This document shows, one piece after another, positions 1-12,304 of a stretch of DNA of 64,000 nt (the first letter of the stretch is position 1; every line of letters begins with the position of its first letter). A program made the position numbers and the translations under genes. The notes below the pieces were generated by a model. That model made no database searches. It saw only the letters and a program-made list of their open reading frames with translations, and was not told the DNA's origin. Source of the stretch: Felis catus (Eukaryota); assembly GCF_018350175.1 (NCBI RefSeq), contig NC_058382.1, positions 52,702,001-52,766,000 of the forward strand, given 5' to 3'.

Positions 1-412
1 TATAAGCTACCCAAGTGTCTACCGAAGATAGGATAGATAAATAAATCATGGTATTTTCACACAGTGAGACACTGCACACTTAGGAGCATAAATGCACCAA
101 CAACTAAACCAAATAATATGGATTAACCTTACAAACATGATATTGTCAGAAAGAAGGCAGATACAGAAGACTGCATTCCATGTGACCCCATTTATAGGAA
201 GTTTATTAAAAAAAAAAAGCAAACTATCCATGTATTGAAGTCACAGGTAGAGACTGGATGGGGGCATGAGTGGGCTGTCAGATGTGCTGATATTCGGTTA
301 CTTGATCAGGGTGCTGGGGTATGTTCAGTTTGTGAAAATACATTTAGTGACTCACATATGTTTTGTGCTTTTTTTTTTTTTTGAGTGTATATTTTACTCC
401 AATGAAAAGTTC
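1..412 (+). mobile_element. Ancient L1 (L1ME-like) 3' end fragment
   Basis: Resembles the L1ME 3' terminus: CTTGATCAGGGTGCTGG...GTTCAGTTTGTGAAAATAC...TATATTTTACTCCAATGAAAAGTT. Confidence 0.7.
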
Positions 413-2000
413 AGACACACCCAAAATCTTATCCCCTGGCAGTTGAGAGAATCAAATAAGGTAATGAACATAAAGCATTCTCATTACATTTCATTTATTT
501 TTCTTCTCTTCGTTCCCAGTCTCAATTTACATAGTCAGAGACCCTGCCACATCATCTGGTTCTTACCCATGTCATTGGGTTACTCCTCCCAGCACAGCGT
601 TTTCTTCTTGACCCAATGGCACCCGTGGTGTAATGAGTGTCATGGCAGCCCTGAAATGTCTCAAGATCTCCTCTCGTGTGGGGTATATTACATGGTCAAC
701 TAACCCTACAAGGAGCTCATTCTTGGTGGTGGTGGTAGTGAGGGGGATATTACTAATCACTCTGAACTTTTTTTTTTAGTTCTTATCATTTGTAAATGGG
801 AAAGGAGCATGGAAAAAAAAAAACATACTCCTGCCTTCTTCCATCTGTATTTTCTTTACTAAATTATCCAGTCTTATAAATATTTGAATAACATTTGGTC
901 AGGATAAAATCTTTCCTGTCAGCTCAGTACAAGAACACTTTTTGGCTCCTGAGACCATAACAGTCAGATAAATTAATATTGATTTGTTAGAAAATAGTTT
1001 TCACTCTGTCTAAACATCTTATTCTGGGCTCTTGAACCAAAATTATGAATTTAAAAGCAGCAAAATAGTTCTTCACAGTTTTCCCAGTGAAACTAATTAT
1101 GGGCGGATTGTGAAAAATGTATTGGATGTGATTTCCAACATAGAGTTCTGCTAACCAAAATTCACAGAAACCTGAGGCTCGATGTCTGATTTATTTGAGC
1201 AAGTTGCGATTTGGTAGACTGGAGAATATATGTAAATAGTTTTTGCAATTTCCACAGGGATAACTCAATACATTAATGTCTCATGTATGGCAGAAGATGA
1301 AGGGGGAAACTTTTTTTTTAGTGATTCCTTATATTTTAAGGTAATAAATGGTCACTGATAATATAGTATTAAATGTATAATACTGTAATAATTTTATGAC
1401 ATCATAGACTGCAGAACAAAGCTTGATTTGTTACTAAATTGTTAATGTGGCATTCACTTCTTTGTCGAGTTTTATTGAGAAGTAATTGACGTACATCACT
1501 GTCTAAATTTAAGACATACAGCATGATGGTTTGATTTACATAGATTGTGATGATTACAATAGGTTTAGCTAACATCCATTTTCTCATATACATACAATAA
1601 AAAGAAAAGAAAAAACAGGAACAAAAATGTTTTCTTGTGATGAGAACCCTTAGGGTTTACTCTCTTAACAGCTTTTCCATCTATCATATTGCAGTGTTAG
1701 CTCTCGTGACTGTGCTGTACATGCTATCCCTAGAGCTTACTTACCTTCTAACTAGAAATTTGTACCTTTGACCACCTTCCCTAATTCCCCCTTTCCTGAC
1801 TCTTCATCTCCGGTAACCTTAAGTCTAGTCTCTACGAGATTGCTTTTGTTTGTTTGTTTGTTTATTCCACATTTAAGTAAGATTATACAGTACTTCTCTT
1901 TGTCTGTCGGACTTATTTCACTTAGCATAATGCGTTCAGGGTTCACCCACACTGTCACAAATGGTAGGATTCTCTCATTTTTTATGGCTGAATAATATTC

Positions 2001-2003
<3 letters not shown>

Positions 2004-2049
<46 letters not shown>

Positions 2050-2096
2050 ACATCATATGTTATATACATATATATGATGTTATACATACACACACA
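2004..2096. repeat. (TG)n microsatellite with adjoining TA-rich inverted repeat inside L1
   Basis: Direct reading. Confidence 0.9.
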
Positions 2097-3173
2097 TCTT
2101 CTTTATCCATTCATCCATCAGTGGACACTTAGATTCTACATCCTGGCTATAAATGCTGCTACAAACATGGGGGTGAGAGCTCTTCAAGTTAGTATTTTCA
2201 TTCCCTTTGGATATATTCCCAGAAGGAGAATTGCTGGATCATATGTTTTTCCTTTTTATAATTTTTTGAAGATCCTCCCTACTCTTTCCCTTAGTGGTTA
2301 TACCAATTTACAAACCCACCGACAGTGCACAAGGATTCCCTTTTCTCCACATCCTTGCCAGCGTTTGTTACCTCTTATCTTTAGATGATGGCCATTCTAA
2401 CAGGTGTGAGATGATACCTCATTGTGGTTTTAATTTGCATGTCCCTAATGATTAGTGATGTTGAACATCTTTTCACATATCTGTTGGTATTTTGTGTATC
2501 TTCTTTGAAGTGTGTTTTCAAGTCCTTTGCCCGTTTTTTAATTGGGTTGTTTGCTTGTTTTTATGCTACTGAGTTGTAGGCGATTTTTAAAAAATTTTTG
2601 GACATTGACCCATTATCAGATATGTGGTTTGCAAATATTCTTTTCCATTCTGTAGGCTGTCTTTTCACTTTGCTAATGTTTTTGGTTTGTTTTTCTGTTT
2701 TGCTCTGCAGAAGCTTTTTAGTTTGATGTAGTCCCACTCATTTATTTTTTTTTTCATTTTGTTGCTTGTGCTTTAGGTGTCTTTCATGTACCAAAAAATC
2801 ATTACCAGGAATCCTTACCAAGACCCGTGTCAAAGAGATTTCTTTCTATGTTTCCTTCTAAGAGTTTCATGGTTTCAGATCTTAAATTTCATCCATTTTG
2901 AGTTAATTTTTAGGAGTAGTGTAAACAGGGGTCCAATTTCATTTTTTTTTTTACATGTGAATATCCAAGTATCTCAACCCCATTTATTGAAGGAAGTTTC
3001 TTTCCTCCATTGAGTATTTTTGGCTCTCTTGTCAAATATTAATTGACCAGGTATGTTTGGGGTGCTTTCTGGGCTCTCAGTTTTGTTCCGTGGGTCTCTT
3101 TGTCTGTTTTTATGCCAGTACCCTTTTGGTTTGATAACTATAGCTTTACAGTGCTTAAAATCAGAAAATGTGA

Positions 3174-3391
3174 GGGGTGCCTGGTTGGCTCAGTCGATTA
3201 AGCATCCAACTTTGGCTCAAGTCATGATCTCACGGCGGCTGGTGAGTTCCAGCCCTGCGTTGGGCTCTGTGTTAACAGCTCAGAGCCTGGGGCTTGCTTC
3301 AGATTCTGTCTCTCTCTCTCTGCCCCTACCCCACTCGTGCTCTGTCTCTCTCTCAAAAATAAATAAACATTAAAAATATTTCTATAAAAAT
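3174..3391 (+). mobile_element. Can-SINE (felid SINEC) nested in L1
   Basis: tRNA-like head, (CT)n, A-rich tail; TSD AAATCAGAAAATGTG at 3158-3172 and 3392-3406. Confidence 0.95.
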
Positions 3392-4250
3392 AAATCAGAA
3401 AATGTGGTATGTCCTGCTTTGTTCTTCTTTCCCAGGATTTCTTTGGCTATTTGGAGTCTTTTGTGGTTCTATATAAATTTTAGGAGTTTGGTTTTTTTTC
3501 CTACTTCTGTAAAAAATACCATTAGAATCTTACTACAGATTGCACTGAGTAGATGCCTTTTGGTAGTATTGACATTTTAGCAATATTAATTCTTCCAATC
3601 CATGAACTTGGTATATCTTCCCACTTATTTGTACCTTCTATTTCTTTCATAAATGTCTTGTAGTTTTCAGAGTTGGTAACTTTTATTTCCTTTAGTTTAT
3701 TTTATTTCTAAGTATTTTATCATTTTGATGTTATTGTAAATGGCATTGGTTTCTTTGTTTCTTTTTCAGAAAATTCATTGTTAGTGTATAGAAACACAAC
3801 TGATTTTTGCATATTAATTTTGTATCTACAACTTTACTGAAATCATTGATTAGATCTAAGAACTTTTTTGGTTGAGTCTTTAGGATTTTTTTATATATAA
3901 AATCATGTCATTTGCAAAGAGAGGTAGTTTTACTTCTTCCTTTTAATTCTGGTGCTTTTTTTTCTTGCCTGCTTGCTCTAGCTAGGATTTCCAGTACTAT
4001 GTTGAATACGAGTGTTGAGAGTAGGTACTCTTGTTTTGTTCCTAGTGGGAACCTTTTTTTTAACTGATAATTTGATTTATCTAATAGATCAGATTTGTTT
4101 TCTTTCTTACCTAGTTCTTAAATATACCTAGTATATTAAAGAATAGCCTACTCATCTACTACATAGTCATGCAGTGTGTAGAGTTTGACTGTATTTATAT
4201 TTGTCTTTTAATTACATCAATGTATAGGAATGGCAATGGAAATTTTAAAT

Positions 4251-4442
4251 TTTTTTTAATGTTTGTTTATTTTTGAAAGAGAGACAGAGCATGAGCGGGG
4301 GTGGGGGCAGAGAAAGAGGGAGACACAGAATCTGAAGCAGGCTCTCAGCTCAGAGCCCGACGCAGGGCTCGAACCCACAAACCATGAGATCATGACCTGA
4401 ACCAAAGTCAGCCACTTAACCAACTGAGCCACCCAGGCACCC
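4251..4442 (-). mobile_element. Can-SINE
   Basis: Antisense SINE; TSD TGGCAATGGAAA(T/A)TTTAAAT at 4231-4250 and 4443-4462. Confidence 0.95.
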
Positions 4443-4689
4443 TGGCAATGGAAAATTTAAATAGTAAAAGTAAGAAAATAAAGCATTGTCTATATGCCCA
4501 TGCCCATTTTAAACACTTGAGGTTTTTTCTTTTAGAAAATGCATTTTTGTTTTTTGCCTCACAAAACTCTTAATACATTTAATGCACTCAGTATCCTACT
4601 TTTTAAACTCAATATTATATGAGACAATGGTGATTTTGTATGTGTGATTCTTTTTTTTTTTTTTTGGTGATTTTTGAATGGTGACTTAG

Positions 4690-4880
4690 CAAAGGAACAT
4701 TTCCTCCTTTTTTGGACATTTAAGTTGCTTCCAATTTTTAAGAATACAACATTGAACACCTCTGTGCAAAAATCCTTATCTGAATTGCAGATATTTTTAA
4801 GATAGGTGCCTACAACTGCATCTCCCATCCAAACTATTTTGAGATCCTTGATACAAATGTCCAATTGCCTTCCAGAAAAT
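4690..4880 (-). mobile_element. Old L1 (L1ME-like) fragment
   Basis: TGGACATTTAAGTTGCTTCCAATTTTT ... CCAATTGCCTTCCAGAAA resembles antisense L1 ORF2 3' region. Confidence 0.5.
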
Positions 4881-5297
4881 ATAAGATATTATCAAGAAAT
4901 ATATATATATACATAGAGAGAGAGAGAGAGAGAGAGGGGAAAAATATTATCAATGAAAAGAAAAAATAGAAAGAACATAGAGGCGGCTATAACTAAACAC
5001 AAAGAAAGACTCTGAAATGCTGGTTTCCATCTACATCAGCTGTATGGTTAAAGACCTTATGCAAAGTCCTCCCTTTTCTGGAAAGCATCCTCGGAGTCTT
5101 ATAGGAAAACAATGAACAGCTATAGGGTCAAGGCTACTTTTTCCTTGAACTAGTTCACTAAAGCCTCTATAATGTGAAAGCAAATATGAAATCCTTAAAG
5201 TTTATAGTCTGCTGGGTTGAGAAGGAGAAATTTCAGTTTTCATAATGTCAATCTCAAGCCTTTTCTGAAATTGGAAGTGACAGTCTAGCCATATATA

Positions 5298-5309
5298 ATA
5301 TATATATAT

Positions 5310-5374
<65 letters not shown>
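5298..5374. repeat. (TA)n/(CG)3/(CA)n compound microsatellite
   Basis: Direct reading. Confidence 0.95.
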
Positions 5375-5377
<3 letters not shown>

Positions 5378-7055
5378 CGGAACCTGAGTCTAGTGCTAGG
5401 TTTGGGGACTGAACTATTTTCTGCCATAGATTAAGCTGAACTAGACCGTATGTCAAAAAAAGAGTCTCAATGTCAACTTAATCCATTGTCACCGCTGTAA
5501 AATGCTATTTCATTATACAAGCAATTCCCTGGTGGATTTCTCCTGATTTTCTATGCAGCTCAAGTCTATTTTAATCTGTTGTGGCTTTTTCCCCCCCTCT
5601 CTCCCAACTACCACCGTTTTGGAATCATTAAATCTATTTGCTTCCAAGTCACCTGTTTGATATTTACACAAATTATGCAAGTGAAGTAGGAGTGAAGTGC
5701 AGGCAACAAAATGTACTTACAAACCAACCAACCAACAACCCTTAAGAAATAGCTACAAACGGTGCAAAACATTCCAGGACATTTGAATCATTTTCCTTGG
5801 AAGCTAAATAAGTGGCTGAAAATCCCAAACCCCGCTGCGCAATGTGCGCGTGTGTACAAGAGGGTCAGATAGAATGATGTAAGGGTGGATTCCATATAAT
5901 AGTTGTGTTTGAATTCCCCGAGTCTTTTAAAGGTAAGTGTTTTCCAGACGTGACAAAAGAAAGGAAAATTTCCAAATCAAAATTCCCATTTGCCTTTCGG
6001 GATGTTGAATTTTCTTCACATTTGTGCAATTAAGGGTTTTGCTGAGTGAGCTTAGGACTCTGTCTCTTTAAGTGTTTAACAGTAATTGGTTCATGTCCTA
6101 GTGTTCATTGAAAATCCTAGACATTTCATGTAAAATCTTCTTAATGAGGGGATGAATTTTTCATTCACATTAGAAAGCTCACTCTGACAAACAATTTCTA
6201 AATAAAACTTTAGCGACATGACATCCTACATTGGACCTGACAGAGAGGACAGGTGCATTAGAATATAACTGTATGGCGATCCTTCAAGCTGTCAGCCATG
6301 AATATTTTATTTCTTAATGAATCATCTTTGTGAAATGAACTTTCTTGTTGTAGTGTCAGTGCCATTTACAACAAAAAGCTGGCTCCTTTTAAAAGGTGAG
6401 CTCCATAAAGATGCTGATGCCTGCATAAAATGCTTAACCCTACCTGAGGTGTAGGGCAATTTGGGGCTATGCATTTCCCTTCGCTTTCTGAAAGTGACTT
6501 GAGAGCTCACTTCAGCTAGCGCGCTCCGATCGTGGGGAACACTTTCCCTTGATTCAGTGCTTCTTTTCTCAGAACTCAAATTCCAGGTAACCACTCAATG
6601 GCAGCCACTTTGGCCGCTGAGGTCTGCTTCTTCTGAGGTGTCATGGCTAGTCTTCCGCTTACCGTTTTTGTGATCTGGCTTCTAACACGCTAAGACCCAC
6701 AAGGCGCTCGCTCTTAGCTCAAGCTAACGGGTAGCGCTGGGCAGGGAGACTTTCTCTGGTCCCCGCTCCCTGTCTTCACCTCAGAGACCACTCTTGTCTG
6801 TTTGTTTCCAGTGACGGAGGAAGCTTTCATTCTGACAGTGGCTTCAGTAGATCTCCCCACTGAGGGAGCCGAAACTTATTTTTATGTTGCCACTAAGAGC
6901 CTCCTGAGATATTTCTGTGGCTCGGTGTGGAATCATTCTGCTCATCTCTAGACACAACACAGACAACAGAAGCTGTTCGCCCAAAATAACCCGGAGTGAG
7001 TGCTATGCCCTTTTCCGCTAACTGGGCTCTTGGTATAGTCATGAGACGATATTGA

Positions 7056-7093
7056 CCTTTTTTCTTTTTTCTTTCTTTCTTTCTTTTTTTTTT

Positions 7094-7156
<63 letters not shown>

Positions 7157-7220
7157 CTTTCTTTCCTTCTTTCCTTCTTTCCTTCTTTCCTTCTTTCCTT
7201 CTTTCCTTCTTTCTTTCTTC
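7056..7220. repeat. (TTTC)n/(TTCC)n pure pyrimidine tract
   Basis: Direct reading. Confidence 0.95.
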
Positions 7221-7585
7221 ATGGTCTCAACTGTGTTCTGAAGACAGCCTAGCAATCCTGTTTACTGAGCTTGGTTTCTCTTCTGTCTCTCATAGTGGCT
7301 ATCTCAAGCTTCTCCATTTTCCCCAAGTCCCACCTCTCCCCGATATGATGTTCTTTCCTTTGAAATCAAAGAAACCTCAGTGGTCAGCCCCTCAACACTA
7401 CCCCCACCTCCCTATCCTCAGCTTCCCCCGAAACTGGCCAACATTTACCCCCATCCCCGCCTCCTTCCCCTTCACAGTGGAGATGTCTCTCTTCGGATTC
7501 AAGTTGGGATCCGTTTGGCCACCTGTGCTGTGGACCCTACCCTTCAGGAATGTGGCTTAATCAGTAAAGGGACAGGGATCTGTGC

Positions 7586-7788
7586 CAGGCTTGGCACATC
7601 GCAGCCATGATCTGTTCTTATAAGTAAAATTCTGTGGCAATACAGCCACGCTCATTTGTTTGTTTATGTTTCGTCTATGGCTGCTTCCATACTCCAACAG
7701 CAGAGCTGAGTACAACAGGGACTGGACGGCCCACAAAGCCTACGATGCTTTCTATCTGGCCCCTTGCAGAAGATACTTGCCGACCCTG
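7586..7788 (+). mobile_element. MER58A-like non-autonomous hAT-Charlie DNA transposon
   Basis: ACAGCCACGCTCATTTG...GTCTATGGCTGCTT...GCAGAGCTGAGTA...GGCCCACAAAGCCT...TATCTGGCCCC...TTGCCGACCCTG follows the MER58A consensus as I recall it. Confidence 0.85.
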
Positions 7789-10700
7789 ATTTATACCCTG
7801 GGTCAGAAGCCTGAACCCTGCAAACTGGGCTCCCCATCTCGGGGTCTGCAATGAAACCCAAGTGGAATCGGTGGGTCTCAGAGTAATAATTCTTGCCCTC
7901 CACAGTTTGCACTTCACTCTTGCAGCTCCTCGTATATTTTAGTGCGCTATAATAACCATGAGAACTGGCCCGTGTCCACGTGGCTCTGCGCAGGAGAAAA
8001 GCAGGCCAAGTCTGAAAGCTCTAAGCGGGCCCAGAGGAAATGGAATAAGCTAGAACTTTGTTGTTTCCTTTGCGTTAGGTTTAAGTGAGAATTATGTCTT
8101 TTAGCAAACTCTCAGTGTGGGCAGGTGACAATTTTTGCAGATATTTTTTTTTTCCTCTCTTTTAACTCGTGCCAATGCGAGTCTGTTTTGTTCCACAGGT
8201 TTTACAATATCTGCCGCCCAAGGCTTAAAGATATGTTGTTCTCACCTTCAGAGAAAGGGTTTCCTTTGCAGTCTCTGGAGAAAGTCCATACTCTAGGACG
8301 GATTTCCTATTACCTTCCGCCGTTTACAAGCCTCTAAAATTATTTGGATTAAATTAGATGTACAGCATCTTATATCTCTTCTTCCAAAAAAAAAAAAATC
8401 CCTCCCCCCCCCTCCCAATTTAGGAATTTTCTGAAATATCACACCAAATGGCACGAAACCATCGTATTTATTAACAAAATTGTACCCAGGATACACACAC
8501 GCACAAGCACATGCACACTTCTATGCAACACCAATGTTATTGCCATTTGGAAACAAAGGTACACATACACCCATACATATTTGGTAAAAGGCGAATTTGC
8601 CATTGACATGTGATTGCTTAAAAGAGAAGTCACTAAAAATAAATATGAGTGAATGTCAATGCAGATAAATAAATAGAAGCCCAGCTCTCACACTGTCCTT
8701 TGACCTCCTGCTCGCCATCCTCCTCAACCTTCATTTTCTCACTGAGGATCCCCCCCATCCCCTGCGGGTCTCCCTAGGCGGCCCCGTGGCCCACAGTCAG
8801 GACAGCCTGTGCCCAGGTCGTTGGGCAGTCTGGCAGGCCTCCTGGCCTTCCCTGAAATGGTGCTGATGTTTTCACACCCCTGTGCAGCCTGCCCACAGTA
8901 ACTCCCTCTCTCTGGGTAAAGGGAACAAAGTCAGAAGAAAGAAAAGAGCGGTGATGTCCGGGTTTGGTCTGCTCGCTCACTAATACATCCTGTGTTCAGT
9001 CTTCTCCCCCAAACCAGCATCCCGAGCGGGCCTTGGCTGAGCACCACCTGTACGTCCTCGCCCACTGTTTGTTTTACCTAAACACAAACGTTAGCCTTGT
9101 TCAAGGGGAGTGTGTATAGGTCATCTGTGCTTCACGCCTTTTGGCCACTTGGCAGTATGATGCATTTATAGCCGTCATCATAAAGAACTTAGATGCATCC
9201 CTGTACTGCCTAATACTCAGCCTGCTTCTGCCAGGGGAATGAACCGCTCTTTGGTTCTCACTGACCTAGTCTGTTTCAGAATTTTCCCAGGGGAGGAATA
9301 AAGTGGAATTTAGATATTTTTGTTCAGAAGTGACATTATTTAAATCTTCTTGTTTAAATGTCTTTTCTTTTTTTTTTTTGCATTTCTCCCCTCCCCATAT
9401 ACCCTGTTTTTCACCCCTGTTATCTCACCCTCATCTGCTATCTGAATAATAATATGTACTTTCAGACTTAGGATCTATTATCTGTAAATCTCTGTGTAAT
9501 GCTTTCAACTTCTGCCTTTCTCCGGAGCTGATGCATTCCTCCTCTCCACCTTCCAGCTCTGCAAGGACTCTTAAAGATTACACTTCATTAAATTATTTTT
9601 ATAATGAGTTCCTGTTACCAGGGAATACAGAGTTAAAAAGGTGATCTCACTACAAGTAATTAGCATAAGACCTGCTGGACCCGTAGAAGTGACTGGATCG
9701 CAATCAATGGCAATATCATTACACCCATGCAGCAATTATAAATTATTTAAAACACTACCCCCAGGTTACTGACGAGTTGCCTTTAAATTAAATTCTCTGT
9801 CAATAATTGATGCAAAGAATTAATGTGAGAACACCTCCAGTTACTGAAACTTTTTTAAGGTGGCATAAAATATTGAACTGTGGCCCGTCATTAGCAGCGG
9901 GACTGTCTGTTTGCTGTAACATCCTTCTTTCCCAAATTGGTCAAGAAAGACTCTCAGATCTTGAAAGATGACAAATGATTCTGAATCCACGGCGGGATAA
10001 TCTCCTATGGATGCTGAAATGCCTCAATAGAAACCTTCTATGTTAAGGCAAAAGAAAAGAAAATAGCCTTTAAATAAGAACTGATTTTATCGCTTAATCA
10101 ATTTCAAGAAATATATAAGCAGACTTAGGTTCGGTGTTCTGTTTGTTGGTTTAATTTTGTTTTGTTTTTTAGGGGTTTTTTTTGTTTTGTTTTGCTTTGC
10201 TTTTTTGCTTACGTTACAGTTCTTTGCTAGGATCAGTAAGCGAGAGAAGGTCTTACCTACTTGAGAAGTCATGATCTATGATATTTAAGCAGTCAGAAAT
10301 CTTAAAATAAAAAAAGTCAGGTCTTAGAGTAGCATAAGAAGTGTGCCTTTGGCACAATGGGTTGTTCTCCTCGCTTACTTAGTGCCTTCTGTTTCCATCT
10401 AAACATCGTGTGTCATTGTTTCGTCTTCCACACTAATTCTCTAGTAGCAATGGGAACAGGGGATCTAGACAATTATGCAGGACCTTCAAGGATGAGAAAG
10501 AAGTTGTCTGTTAGTCATCCTGGCTCCTTTCTGATCTTACCAGTCAAGGGGAGCTCGGGGTGGAGGTGATGCAAAAGATGAACCGTCTCTAAAATAAAGA
10601 ACATACTTCCTTCATTTGCCCATTCTCAGCCCAGCCCAGTGCTTGGGGGCAATGCCTGGTACGATGCCTTCTCTGTCCTCACACTCTCACTCTCAGGTTA

Positions 10701-11779
10701 ACAGGCAATACTCTTGATTCCTCCCTTGGAGACTGATAGGGAAACCCTAAGGTTCTCTGTTAGCCAGAGCAAGGGCCCTCAAAACAGACTTTAAGGTCAG
10801 AGAAGCTTCTAGAATCTTCATTTTGGTGGGTAAACTGCAGTTACCTGGACAAGGAAAGGGGCTCTCCAGGCTGACAGGGCGCCTCCCACACAAAGGCTCG
10901 CAGAAGTGAAATGGAACAACTGGCAGTAAGACTCTACCTAGAAAAATAAAAAAAGAGGCCCCTTTTGACCATCCCATGCCTGAAATGAGAGACAACATTG
11001 TCTGGTGTGCATCAGAGCTCCCCGCGTTGCTCTAGGCACAGAGTCAGGGCTTGAAAAATGCCACCGCTTGGCCTTCCCCTTCTTATGTGTGATTTGAATA
11101 TTTGAGGCTATCCTAATGGGCTTCCCATTGGCATTGTGTCCCCTTTATTTTTACCTCGTCTAGGTTGATTACTCTCTTCTTTGGCTTCTCAGGAAACCAT
11201 CTCCATGCTCAAACAAGTGCCAGAAATGGAGAAGGGTGGGAGTATTGCCCGGACACTTCCTCCCCCTCCACTCCAACCTCAGACTCATTTCCTCTTGCTT
11301 CTTCCCACACGGCCGCCATTTTCATTTTTGCTTACCGTCATTGTATAACTTACAGTTCTCTTTTCTTCGCTGTCTGGGATATTCTTCCTTTTGGGACTCC
11401 CTGCTAGTCCCAGGGGGCCTTTTTCCAACACTGCTCTGAACTCATTAGCATCCCTCTTGTTCCAGAAAATGCCCTTAATGTGCCTTTCCCCTGCCTGTGC
11501 CAACTTCTCCCTTCATACTTTCTGTCCACACAGGGAAGAGGACACTGGAATCAAATAGTATCTTCTGTTTCCTAGCAGCCTCAAACAGAAGATTACCTAG
11601 ACAGGTATTTCAAGCTGATACACAATATTTTCCCTGGCACATTTGCCACTGGCTGAGCAAGATGTCTCATCGGTAATGTAGTTGAGTACCAAGTACTCCC
11701 GACTGCCACAGAATAATTTCTTTTGTTGCGGCAAATTTTGATTTTTTTCATTCTTGCAGTTTGGTTTTTATCTTCTAAT

Positions 11780-11806
11780 TGTGTGTGTGTGTGTGTGTGT
11801 GTGTGT

Positions 11807-11860
<54 letters not shown>
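11780..11860. repeat. (TG)13 joined to (CA)n: self-complementary microsatellite
   Basis: Direct reading. Confidence 0.95.
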
Positions 11861-11862
<2 letters not shown>

Positions 11863-12094
11863 ATGCAACATACAAACATCCACATACCTAACTATTAGGC
11901 TGTGGGCTTAACCCTCTGGATTCAAGACTATCAAAGTTCCTTTGCTAACTCCAGCCGACTAAAGGATATCCTCCCCCTCACCAAATATACTATTAAACAT
12001 CAAAATTACTCATTTTCAATGGCACTTGAGCATGCAGATAACAAATCACAGACTGTTTTGTTTTGTTAGTCTGTTTTGGGTCCAAATTGTGTTT

Positions 12095-12304
12095 AATTTT
12101 TTAATGTTTTTACTTTAATTCTAAGAGGGAGACAGAGGGTGAGTGGGGGAGGGTCAGAGAGAGAGGAAGACACAGAATCCGAAGCGGGCTCCAGGCTCCG
12201 AGCTGGCAGCAGAGAGCCCGACAGGGCACAGGAACTCACAGCCTGTGAGATCATGACTCGAGCCGAAGTCGGACGCTTAACCGACTGAGCCACCCAGGCG
12301 CCCC
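12095..12304 (-). mobile_element. Can-SINE
   Basis: Antisense SINE; TSD AAATTGTGTTT at 12084-12094 and 12306-12316. Confidence 0.95.

Larger units (their letters stand above)
1468..4050 (-). mobile_element. 5'-truncated L1 (L1MA9/L1_Carn-like): 3'UTR plus degenerate ORF2 3' part
   Basis: Minus ORF 1752-2093 contains LEYYSAIKNERILPFVTVWVNPERIMLSEIS, resembling the L1 ORF2 C-terminus. Typical antisense L1 text (CTCATTGTGGTTTTAATTTGCAT, TTTAGTTTGATGTAGTCCCA). Interrupted by (TG)n and a SINE. Confidence 0.9.

Noticed and set aside
6893..7255. KKER-repeat ORF
   Set aside because: (TTTC)n artefact
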